Source: Bacillota bacterium
GTDB taxonomy: Bacteria > Bacillota > Clostridia > Christensenellales > DTU072
Direction: 5' to 3'
Length of the DNA: 64,000 nt
Assembly (NCBI GenBank): GCA_009781445.1
Contig: WQYD01000004.1
Location: 6,768 to 70,767 of the forward strand
Within the stretch, counting starts at the first letter, position 1. Every line of letters begins with the position of its first letter. This document shows positions 19,726-28,330 of the stretch, piece after piece. The notes under the pieces are model-generated. The model searched no databases, was not told where the DNA came from, and saw only the letters and a program-made list of their open reading frames with translations. The position numbers and the translations under genes were made by a program.

Positions 19726-21205
19726 TGTGCGCTGTGCGTTGTGCGTTGTGCATTGCGCAGAATGAATTCTGCGCCAATCTTTCCCTCTCTATCCTATAAA
19801 TTATCGGTAGCATTTCTTTTTGTTCCAAGAGGTTTTTCATATGTTTTTCATATGTTTCTTGATCTTGAAGCGCGCTTAAAAGTGCGTTTAAAAGCTGTAC
19901 GCCTTTGATATTTAAGTGCGTTTTATACTCAGCTGAGAGGGCTAATAATTTGCCCTTGTCTATCAAATTTAAAGCCTCTTCACATATGTTTTTTGCCCCT
20001 GAGAACCTTAAAATGTTTTTTGAAAATTCGCCGAAAAGTTCTTGATTTTCGTCCTGCGCTTTTCTGTAAGCGGTTTCAATTTTTTCAAAATTTCCCTCAA
20101 GATTTTGGTTTTTATAAATTGATAAAATGCTGTGATCAGGCGCGCCACCGCGCTTGTAATAATGGTATAAAATCAAAAGCATATTTTCATATTTCACCGA
20201 AATATCCCCAAGTAAAAGTTCTGTTGAAAGTATTGCTTTAAAGGATTCAAGCGCGCGGTATTCCGAATTCGGCGCGCAGGAATTAAGCGCGAAATTTATT
20301 GCGCCAATGTGTTCCACCGATAAAAATCCCATAATATAATTTAGGCTTTCCGTGGCGGAATGTGAAAGCATTTTAGAAAGAAGCCTGCCAAGTTCGCGCT
20401 TATCCAGCTTATCAAAAACTTCTTTGGGGTAATTTAAAAAGCCGTTATTTTCAATGCTTTCTTCCACTGCCCTATTCAATGCTTCGTCACATTTTTCCTC
20501 TACGCCAACCACAAGGCGCGCTAAATTTTCTTCTAAGATTTTTGGCGGTTCGCTTGGAAAAGGTTCTGCCTTTTCACCTCTTAAATGCTTTTTAAATTCC
20601 TCATTAAATCTTAAAATTTCAAGTTCGCCGTAGCACAAAATAAGTTTCTTTTGTTCGTCAAGTTCTTTAAAAACTTCATTAAAAAGTTCGTCCGCCACAG
20701 CACTATTCGGCTTAACGCTTAAGTAATTATCCCACCTTTTAAGCCTCTCTCTTGAGGCTTCTCTCTCACTTGCGAACTTGTTAAAAATCCTTTCGTATTC
20801 GCCCAAAACTTCCCCAAGCGCGCCCCTTTCAATCTTAGAAAAATAATCCTTAAATCCAAGAATTCCGCGCTTTAATTTTCCGCGTGTAAGCGTTAAAAAA
20901 AGTTCCGCACCCACCGCAAGAATCACAGGCGCAATAGCCAAAAGATAAATTAGCGTAACGGGTGAAAGGCAGGAAATCACCACGCAAAAAATGCTGTACA
21001 GCGCAAAGATTGCTGAGAGAATTAAAAACAAAATATCCCTTGGCGGATTGAATAATTTTGCCTTTTGTTTGAAGGTATGATAGCTAACTTCGTTTCTTTT
21101 TAACAGGGGAATTTCTCTTAAAGCGCAGTACGCAAACAGCCCCGTCCCAAACACGAAAAGGGCGATAACAAAGTATAAGGTGTTCGTTTCAAAGAAGGTT
21201 ATCAT
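19712..21205 (-). CDS. Membrane-anchored helical protein, function unknown
   Basis: 497 aa: three N-terminal TM helices, then a long predicted helical cytoplasmic part. Its start overlaps the upstream stop (ATGA, 21202-21205). The last ~15 codons are encoded by a (CAGCGCA)n repeat module. Confidence 0.75.
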   Translation of the reverse strand: MITFFETNTLYFVIALFVFGTGLFAYCALREIPLLKRNEVSYHTFKQKAKLFNPPRDILFLILSAIFALYSIFCVVISCLSPVTLIYLLAIAPVILAVGAELFLTLTRGKLKRGILGFKDYFSKIERGALGEVLGEYERIFNKFASEREASRERLKRWDNYLSVKPNSAVADELFNEVFKELDEQKKLILCYGELEILRFNEEFKKHLRGEKAEPFPSEPPKILEENLARLVVGVEEKCDEALNRAVEESIENNGFLNYPKEVFDKLDKRELGRLLSKMLSHSATESLNYIMGFLSVEHIGAINFALNSCAPNSEYRALESFKAILSTELLLGDISVKYENMLLILYHYYKRGGAPDHSILSIYKNQNLEGNFEKIETAYRKAQDENQELFGEFSKNILRFSGAKNICEEALNLIDKGKLLALSAEYKTHLNIKGVQLLNALLSALQDQETYEKHMKNLLEQKEMLPIIYRIERERLAQNSFCAMHNAQRTAHSEGN

Positions 21206-22995
21206 TTGATTTTCCGCCTTAAAATTATTAGCCCTACCGCACCCAGAGTAAGCACCAAGCCTGCGCCCAAAAGTGCGTACGAAGCCGTGAAATTCTTGTT
21301 ATTAAAATTAACCGTTTCAAGCGTTTTGCTTTCACCGCCAAGCGTATAAGTTAAAAAGGAAGAACCGTTCGTTTTAAGAATTGTGCTACCCGTTATCTCT
21401 CTTCCGCCAAGGAAAATTTTTGCCATGGGGTGGATTTTTTCTATAATAATTTCCGTGCCGTTCTTTGTTTCGTTAACCTTATATATAAGAGGCACGATTT
21501 CAAACTCAACTTCAAAAACTAATTCCCCCGCCACAAAGACTTCTGCCCTGTACTTCCTTGCCATAAAAATTTCCGCGCCCGCGTTAAGGCGCGTGGCTGA
21601 AGTTCCGCCGTCCGCGTGCAACACAACATCGCAATAAAAAAAGTTTATCTTAACTGCCTCAGCATAAATCTTGCCGTCCTCAACGCCGTCAAAAACTAAA
21701 AGCGCAGGGGAAAGGAAGCTAAAATTCCAATATGCGCTATTCCACTCGTCTTTAGCCTTTTCTATAATTTCACTCATGGTTAAAGGGGTAGCGTTATCTG
21801 TGGCAGAATTTCCGCTACCGCCGTCAAACACGGTTTTGAAGCTACTGTTTTCGTAATCAAGCCAACCTGAGTTAATCCGTTGGTGATCGGCGGGGTAAAA
21901 AACATCGGTATATCTTATCACGGTATCGGATATTCCGCCCACCAACAATGCGTCCTCAGGCGCATCGGAATTTTCAGCAGTTAAATTGCAAGAGGCAACT
22001 GAATTTATAATCCTATAAAGGTTCGCCCCTGCAATTCCGCCCCCTGCGTGAATATTTGACCACGAGGGCGGATTACCGCGGTGCTTGCCGTACAATTCAA
22101 TAGTTGTTTTAGCGTAGCAATCTCTAATTATGCCACCGCCAACAACTTGGGTAAACCAAAAACCAAAAATGTCGCGCACGCTTTCAAGGCTTGCCGAATT
22201 AAATCCTGCAATTCCGCCTGCAAACAAGTCTGCACGCACATTGGGTTCGTTTTCCGCAAAAAGCCTAATTTCCGCCAAAGCATAGCAAGAATTGATTTCG
22301 CCTGTGTTCAGCCCCGCAATCCCACCGCCGTAAATCCCCCTATCCGCCTTAACTTCTGATTTAAGTTCGGCAAAGCAAGCAAGAATTTTTGCGCCTGCTT
22401 CATTAACCCCTGCAATACCGCCGACAACAGTTGTAAATTCCTCACTTGCCTTATTGTGATTTATCAAGATTTCACCGCTGGCGCGCACAAAAGAAATTTC
22501 ACCGCCGTTTACCCCTGCCACGATTCCTGCGTCCGCTTCTTCACTCAAAATAATCTCTGCGCCTGTGAAGCTTAAGTTTTTAATAATTCCGTTCGTATGC
22601 CCGAAGAAGCCCGAAACGGCTTCTTTCACTTGGCGCGCGTTATTTCCCGATCCCACTGTCGTGTGGGTAACTTTCACGGTTTCAATTTTGAAATTTGAAA
22701 TCGTGAAGCGGTTGCCGTCTAATTCCCCTCTGAACGGATTTCGCGAATCACCAATCGGTTCGTGCGCTTTGCCCTCAAAATCAATATCTGCCCCCAGCTG
22801 AAATTTTCCGCCGAGGTTACTTCTTATCAGCCCAAAGTCCTCTGCCGTGTTAATCATAATAGCTTCGCCTTCTTCAGCGCGCACGAACCCCGCGCCCACC
22901 GCAGGCGCAAGCGCAATTATCATGATTAAAAAAAATGTTGCCACGGCAACAATCGCAATGTTGCCGATTTTAAAGCAGTGTTTTGCCATATTCAA
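21202..22995 (-). CDS. Secreted GLUG-motif protein with a C-terminal TM anchor
   Basis: Signal/anchor IAIVAVATFFLIMIIALAPAVGAG. NPFRGELDGNRFTISNF. GGIAG repeats (GGIAGVN, GGGIAGLN, AGGIAGFN, GGGIAGAN). C-terminal LLGAGLVLTLGAVGLIILRRKIK. Confidence 0.85.
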   Translation of the reverse strand: MNMAKHCFKIGNIAIVAVATFFLIMIIALAPAVGAGFVRAEEGEAIMINTAEDFGLIRSNLGGKFQLGADIDFEGKAHEPIGDSRNPFRGELDGNRFTISNFKIETVKVTHTTVGSGNNARQVKEAVSGFFGHTNGIIKNLSFTGAEIILSEEADAGIVAGVNGGEISFVRASGEILINHNKASEEFTTVVGGIAGVNEAGAKILACFAELKSEVKADRGIYGGGIAGLNTGEINSCYALAEIRLFAENEPNVRADLFAGGIAGFNSASLESVRDIFGFWFTQVVGGGIIRDCYAKTTIELYGKHRGNPPSWSNIHAGGGIAGANLYRIINSVASCNLTAENSDAPEDALLVGGISDTVIRYTDVFYPADHQRINSGWLDYENSSFKTVFDGGSGNSATDNATPLTMSEIIEKAKDEWNSAYWNFSFLSPALLVFDGVEDGKIYAEAVKINFFYCDVVLHADGGTSATRLNAGAEIFMARKYRAEVFVAGELVFEVEFEIVPLIYKVNETKNGTEIIIEKIHPMAKIFLGGREITGSTILKTNGSSFLTYTLGGESKTLETVNFNNKNFTASYALLGAGLVLTLGAVGLIILRRKIK

Positions 22996-23024
22996 TATTA
23001 TATCATGCGCGCGCGCATTGCGCG

Positions 23025-24245
23025 CTACGCAATCATCAATGCGGGCGCGCCTTTGCTATTGTTTTCCACAGGCACAGGCTTTTCCGCCTTAAATCCCATA
23101 CTGCCGTCCTCACCCACGAAAAACACAATGTTGCCGTGGCGGTTGGTGCGGTAGGTTACCGCGCCTGCGTTGAACAAACGGTTCATAACAGGGGACGCAG
23201 GGTGCGCGTATCCGTTCTGTTCGCCCACGGTTATAACCGCGTAACCAATGCTATCAAAGAAATCTATAAAGCTTTGTTGCGAAGCCGAACTTGCGCCGTG
23301 GTGCGAAACCTTTAAAAGATCTATATCTTTACCGCGTGAGTATTTTGCCATGAACGCATTTTCCGCCTGCGTTTCCGCATCGCCTGCAAGTAGCACGCGC
23401 CTGCCCGCATATTCTATTGTTACCATTAAGGAAAGATTGTTGCTTGAGTGTCCGCTAAATCCATAGCCCGCGCCAAAGATATCCACCGTGTAGTCAGACT
23501 GTGCGCCGAAGATATCTTTAAAGTCCGCACCGCTTTCGCCAACCCAAATAGCCTCGCCCACATTTCCGCCTGCCTTATCCGCCTCGCTTTTAATTTTGTC
23601 ATTTAGGTACAAAGACCCCGTAGAGGAATTCACGCTTGGCGCATCGTTTGCATAAACCGTTCCGATTGAGTAAGTATCCACCACCGTCCACAGCATATTA
23701 ATATGATCCGCATCAGGGTGCGTAACCACAAGATAGTCAATATGATTGCCGTCTAAATTACTGCTTAGATAATTCATATACTTGTTTCGCGTGGCACTCG
23801 GCACGGTGTTTCCGCCCGCCGTGTGGTAATAGTTATGCGCCGTCCCGCTTGCGTATACCCCTTGCGTGCCTGCATCAATCAGCATGGTTTTCTCATCGCC
23901 GAATTTAACAAGCATGGCATCGCCTTGGTTAACATCAATAAAATGAATCTCAAGCCCGATAGCCTCTAAATCAAAATCTATAAGATCCGCCACGCTATAG
24001 TTCGGCGCGTGGTTCTTTTCACATATGCCGTTGTGTTCTTTCTCACACACCTCTAAGCCATTTCCGCCTGTGAGCAATTCTCTGAATTCATTGCTGAACA
24101 CCCCCACAATAAGCACCGAAGCAATAATGATTGCCACCGCAATTATAACCGCACCCCAAAGCGTAATGGGCTTTTTGGGTTGCTGTGTTTTGCTTCCACC
24201 GCTTGGGCGTTTTGCTGTTTGTTTTTGTTTCTGCATATGTTTCAC
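23025..24245 (-). CDS. Membrane-anchored MBL-fold hydrolase, ComEC C-terminal-domain-like
   Basis: N-terminal TM helix. FIDVNQGDAMLV, VVTHPDADHI and LKVSHHGASS motifs of the ComEC/Rec2 beta-lactamase-like domain. Confidence 0.8.
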   Translation of the reverse strand: MKHMQKQKQTAKRPSGGSKTQQPKKPITLWGAVIIAVAIIIASVLIVGVFSNEFRELLTGGNGLEVCEKEHNGICEKNHAPNYSVADLIDFDLEAIGLEIHFIDVNQGDAMLVKFGDEKTMLIDAGTQGVYASGTAHNYYHTAGGNTVPSATRNKYMNYLSSNLDGNHIDYLVVTHPDADHINMLWTVVDTYSIGTVYANDAPSVNSSTGSLYLNDKIKSEADKAGGNVGEAIWVGESGADFKDIFGAQSDYTVDIFGAGYGFSGHSSNNLSLMVTIEYAGRRVLLAGDAETQAENAFMAKYSRGKDIDLLKVSHHGASSASQQSFIDFFDSIGYAVITVGEQNGYAHPASPVMNRLFNAGAVTYRTNRHGNIVFFVGEDGSMGFKAEKPVPVENNSKGAPALMIA

Positions 24246-24330
24246 CTTTATTCCTTATATAATTTTTAAGTTAAATCCAATCCGTTAGCCCAAGTTAGCC
24301 TAAGCCTTTCACCTCAGCTTTACACCTCTC

Positions 24331-24443
24331 ACATATGTTTTGCGCCTACCAAAATATATGCCACTTTTCCGCCAATACATATGTTTTCATTCACTCTAAA
24401 CATATGTTTTCCGTTCGGCAATACATATGTTTTCATATGTTTC
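24331..24443. promoter_or_regulatory. Iteron-like array of five ACATATGTTTT(C) direct repeats upstream of the ComEC-like gene
   Basis: Copies at 24331, 24377, 24400, 24423 and 24433. The middle three are phased 23 nt apart. AAACATATGTTT is itself a palindrome. Confidence 0.6.
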
Positions 24444-24575
24444 GCAGGGGGGTTAAAGCGAACCGCCTCAAGCACGAAACCAAACTTCTCACCGCGCCTA
24501 CCACATTCATATGTGCATTACGGGGTACTAAAATTGTAACATATTTTTTGCCCTTTTTCCACCATAAAAATAAAC

Positions 24576-25066
24576 CTTGTGAAGTCGCGTGTTGAAGTGC
24601 GCTATGGCGCGTGAAGACGCTACGCTTGTGAAGACGCAAACAAGTTTGCTTATGAAGTCGCTTCGCTTGTGAAGAGTTGCTTCGCAACATGAAGGAAGTT
24701 TATATTTAATAATCCGCCATGCAGGCTTGCCTGCACTTCATGCGCCGTACAGGCGCACTTCACAAGCGTGCAACGCACGCGACTTCATAAGGCGCAAGCC
24801 GTCTTCACAAGTGAACGCAGTGAACGGCTTCATAAGCAAACTACTTGTTTGCGTCTTCACAAGGCGTAGCCGTCTTCACAAGCGTAGCGTCTTCACGCGC
24901 CAAAGGCGCACTTCACAAGCGTGCAACGCACGCGTCTCATACCTTAATGCGGAACGCCCACATATAATCCACCATGCAGGCTTGCCTGCACTTCATGCGC
25001 CGTACAGGCGCACTTCACAAGCGTGCAACGCACGCGACTTCATAAGGCGCAAGCCGTCTTCACAAG
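24576..25066. repeat. Two adjacent family-B hairpin elements (cores TAATCCGCCATGCAGGCTTGCCTGC at ~24711 and TAATCCACCATGCAGGCTTGCCTGC at ~24966; arms built from CTTGTGAAG / CTTCACAAG / CTTCATAAG words)
   Basis: Long reverse-complementary arms. A block of more than 100 nt (CCATGCAGGCTTGCCTGCACTTCATGCGCCGTACAGGCGCACTTCACAAGCGTGCAACGCACGCGACTTCATAAGGCGCAAGCCGTCTTCACAAG) is present twice. Confidence 0.8.
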
Positions 25067-25160
25067 CAAACTTCCTTGCGTCCTCAAGCGTCCTTTCTAT
25101 GCAACAAAAACTTTCCCCGCAATCTTTCAGCGTAACTCAATTCGCCACTTCTTAGCAACT

Positions 25161-25188
25161 TAATAAAAGAACATTTGTTCTTTTATTA
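25161..25188. promoter_or_regulatory. Perfect 13-bp inverted repeat with 2-nt spacer, containing AGAACATTTGTTCT (GAAC-N4-GTTC, SOS/Cheo-box-like)
   Basis: TAATAAAAGAACA-TT-TGTTCTTTTATTA. Confidence 0.6.
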
Positions 25189-25393
25189 AGTTTCACACAT
25201 TGTGTTGCGTGGGGCGGTTGTGCCTGCTTGCTTCGCTATCGGCAAGCGAATAAACCCCTTCGCATAGCCCACCTTCCGTTCCGCGTTTGTGCGGTTTACC
25301 GCGCTGTCCCACTGTAGATACCTGCCCTTTAAGCGTGCTGTTTCTTCGCCTTATCGCGCGCTATCGCCCCACCCAAGCCACTATCGCAACCAC

Positions 25394-25409
25394 TGTTTCA
25401 CATGGAACA
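25394..25409. promoter_or_regulatory. parS-like palindrome (variant centre)
   Basis: TGTTTCACATGGAACA versus parS TGTTNCACGTGAAACA / its complement TGTTTCACGTGNAACA; it differs at the central CG (CA here). Confidence 0.55.
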
Positions 25410-25887
25410 TTCTGCATATGTTGCTAATTTCCCGCGCATTATGCCATATCTGCCCCAACCGCTTGCCACTGCATATGTGTGGCACTATTTGCAGATTCCG
25501 CGCCCTCGCCCCTGAATCCGCCATACTGCGCCGTGCGTTGCGCGCTGGTTCACGGCAATCCGCCGTGCTTCCCCTATTCTGCTTCGCCATAGCCATACCG
25601 CCATTAAATGCGCGTTCGCCCCATTTGTCCGCGGTATCAGCGCACTTTTCTGCAATAGTGCGTGGTAGTTGCACGCTATTACTGCCCTGCGTTAATCCCT
25701 GCGTACCGCATTACTTTACCGCATAATACCGCGCTGTTGCGCCAATCTTTCCCCTATCTTCGGCTATTTCGCAAGTCCTGCGTGGTGTATTCCCGCCTAT
25801 TCGCCCACTTGCCTTATGCTTGCAAACCTAATACAATTTGCGTTGATTTGCGGATTTTACGGTGGTTTTCGCCCCAAAATAGCGCAA

Positions 25888-25903
25888 TGTTTCATGTGAA
25901 ACA
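25888..25903. promoter_or_regulatory. parS-like palindrome (variant centre), embedded in a ~35-nt extended palindrome (25878-25912)
   Basis: TGTTTCATGTGAAACA, one mismatch from TGTTTCACGTGAAACA. Flanked by AATAGCG ... CGCTATT. Confidence 0.6.
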
Positions 25904-25981
25904 TACGCTATTGTCCGTACAAAATGCGCCACTCTAATGGCGCGATATCTGCGAAAAATGCCATGCTATTCGCTATTTACA

Positions 25982-25994
25982 CGAACATATGTTC
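25982..25994. promoter_or_regulatory. SOS-box-like palindrome CGAACATATGTTC
   Basis: Matches the Gram-positive LexA (Cheo box) consensus CGAACN4GTTCG in 13 of 14 positions. Confidence 0.5.
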
Positions 25995-26531
25995 TTATAA
26001 CTTGTGTATTGAACCGCGTGCGCCATGCCCTAACCACTGCACGCTTACACGCATTCTTGGGCAATTATATCTTGATTTTGCAAATTCGCCTGCCGAAAGC
26101 ACTCTATTTGCGCGGTAAACCAATACCAAACAAATGCGCTTTTGCCACCGATTCTTCTACAAATAAACCACTAAGCGTTGGCTCATAGTGCGCAGTGCGT
26201 TAGCTTCTAGCGCACCGCGTACGCCGTGCCTCGTGCCTTTTACCGATATTGTTTTGGGCAAATATTGGTTTTGCTTGGCGTATGGACTGCGTGCGTTTCT
26301 GCATAGATTTGCAAGAAATCACGCCAAGCTGTGGGCGCGGTTTTACCACTCAGCAATCCTGCAACGCTTCGCCAACAGCGCAAGAATGCGCAATTTGCGC
26401 TTAACGCAAGTAATTGTTCCGTGCAATTCTAATCACAATATTGCGTGATGATATTTGAGTAAATAGTTCCGAATTTCCTCACACCAATATAAGTGTGTTA
26501 TTTTGTTCTGTTTTACGCGATTGCTTGCCAA

Positions 26532-26563
26532 TGTTTCACATGAAACATTGCGAACATATGTTC
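26532..26563. promoter_or_regulatory. Composite site: parS-like TGTTTCACATGAAACA (26532-26547) immediately followed by SOS-box-like CGAACATATGTTC (26551-26563)
   Basis: The 33-nt block ATGTTTCACATGAAACATTGCGAACATATGTTC is repeated with 3 changes at 27206-27238. Confidence 0.6.
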
Positions 26564-27206
26564 TTTTAGCGAAAAGCGTATCTTTTGCGTGTTTTTCAGC
26601 ACCAAGCCACGAAAGTAAGCATAGAATGGAACGCGTGTTCGTTTTATGTAAGTATACTTGCCGTGGGCGCGAAACGGTTGCCGTTCGCCAATTTCAGGCA
26701 AAAATGAGAGATTTTTGGGCAGAGATTGGACGGGGAAATATATGACTTTTTTACCGCCGTAAAAGTGCAGAATTTTTGGTTTTGGCGCGGTTCAAAGCAG
26801 TTTGGCGGTTCGCACTCTAAATTTTAAGGAATTGCTTTTGCGAAGTGAGAGGGCGGATAATTTACGCCACTGCGTGGCTGAATTTAGTGCAAATAGCAGT
26901 GGAATTTCGTGGATTGCTTTGATTTCTGTGAAATTTGCGGATATTCTGCGCCATTGCGTGGCGAAATATTGCCGAATAGGGCAAAACGAACAAAAAGCGA
27001 ACAAGCGTTTTCGGCACAATGGTAAATCGTGGTTGGTTTTAGCTTGCTTGCCCCAACTTTGGGATATTTTTTGCATTAGATATGCAATTTTTATAGCAAT
27101 TTTTGATATTTGCTTGCAGTCTTGCAAAATTTCGCGTATTTTCACTGAAATTTGCTTAGTTTTTGTGTGCAATTTGGTGTATTTTTCATTTTTGTGAAAT
27201 ATGCTA

Positions 27207-27238
27207 TGTTTCACATGAAACAATGCGAACATTTGTGC
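27207..27238. promoter_or_regulatory. Composite site: parS-like TGTTTCACATGAAACA (27207-27222) plus degenerate box CGAACATTTGTGC (27226-27238)
   Basis: Paralog of the 26531-26563 block. Confidence 0.6.
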
Positions 27239-27999
27239 TATTTAACAAATGGAACATATGTGTGTTTATTTTGGGTAAAATTTTAGGTGGGTAAAAATGT
27301 GCTAAAAATTAGGGAAAAACGGGTAAAAAGCAGATAAATTTGGGTAAAAAGCAGATAAATTTGGGTAAAAATCAGGCGGGAAGTGTGATAATTAGCAAAA
27401 GCAAGGGGAAAATTGGGGGTAAAGTACGGCAAATAGGGCGAAATCGGGGCTATTCGCGGACATTTTCACCACCATGGCAGTGGTTTTACCTCAGATTTGG
27501 CTACTTTCGCCTAAGTTTTCGCTTATTTCTGCCTAAAAACAGCGAAATTGGCGCGAAACTGCTTAGTTTGGTGAGGAATTTTGTGCTGAAATTTTTGGGT
27601 AGGGTTGCTGAAGGCTAAAAATGCCTTAAAAACGAATATTTGTGTGGAAATTTAGGTAAATTTTTCAAACATAAGTTTGTTTTTATGTGTGAAATTTTTG
27701 GGTAGGGTGAAAAATGCTGATTTTGCACACATTTTGGCGGATTTTATATGCAAAATCGGGCAAAATATTACCATTTTTTACTAAAATTTTACATAGAAAA
27801 TGCGCATTTTTAACCGCGTTTTGAGGCTCCAAAATTTTTGGGTAGGGTTTTAGGCTTAGAAAATTTTTGGGTGCGAAATTTAAGGAAATTTTACGCTTGA
27901 AAATTGCTTGATTCTGCGCGTTTTCTTGAGAATATGGCGAAAATCAAGCGTTTTGCTGATTGTGAAATTTTGGCTTATGTTTAACATGGAACGGAAAGA

Positions 28000-28015
28000 T
28001 GTTCCACATGAAACA
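28000..28015. promoter_or_regulatory. parS-like palindrome (variant centre)
   Basis: TGTTCCACATGAAACA equals the Bacillus-type parS TGTTCCACGTGAAACA with only the central G changed to A. A weaker copy, TGTTTAACATGGAACG, lies at 27978-27993. Confidence 0.6.
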
Positions 28016-28330
28016 GTATTTAGCCTTGAAATAGGCGGTTTTTGCGCTATTTTTGAGGTATTTACCGTGGTGTTTACGGGAAATTTATGTGCTGAAAGGC
28101 AGGCTATTTAATGTGCTTGATTTTGGGCATTTTCGTGAGTTTTTGCCCATTTTCTGCACTCGCTTAAGGCGGTTATCCGCGGTTTTGCCCTCGCTTAGCA
28201 TTTTGTATTGATATAATTAAATTTTACATTAGAATTGCCCCTAAACGCAAGGAAAAAATTGAGTAATTTTTGCTAATTTTGCGCACGGGAAAGAGGGTTT
28301 GAGGGGTGCGGGCGGAACAGTGCGCGCTTT

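Noticed and set aside
19835-19862. TCATATGTTTTT x2, resembling the 24.3 kb iteron motif
   Set aside because: It lies inside the coding sequence of the 497-aa gene (encoding ..ETYEKHMKNL..). It is most simply a coincidental match of an AT-rich motif, so it is not called a regulatory site.
25161-26640. Calling the GAAC-N4-GTTC boxes a bona fide LexA regulon member
   Set aside because: There is no lexA gene, no SOS gene and no ORF downstream in this window. Only the motif resemblance is reported, as a finding with caveats and not as an annotated LexA operator.
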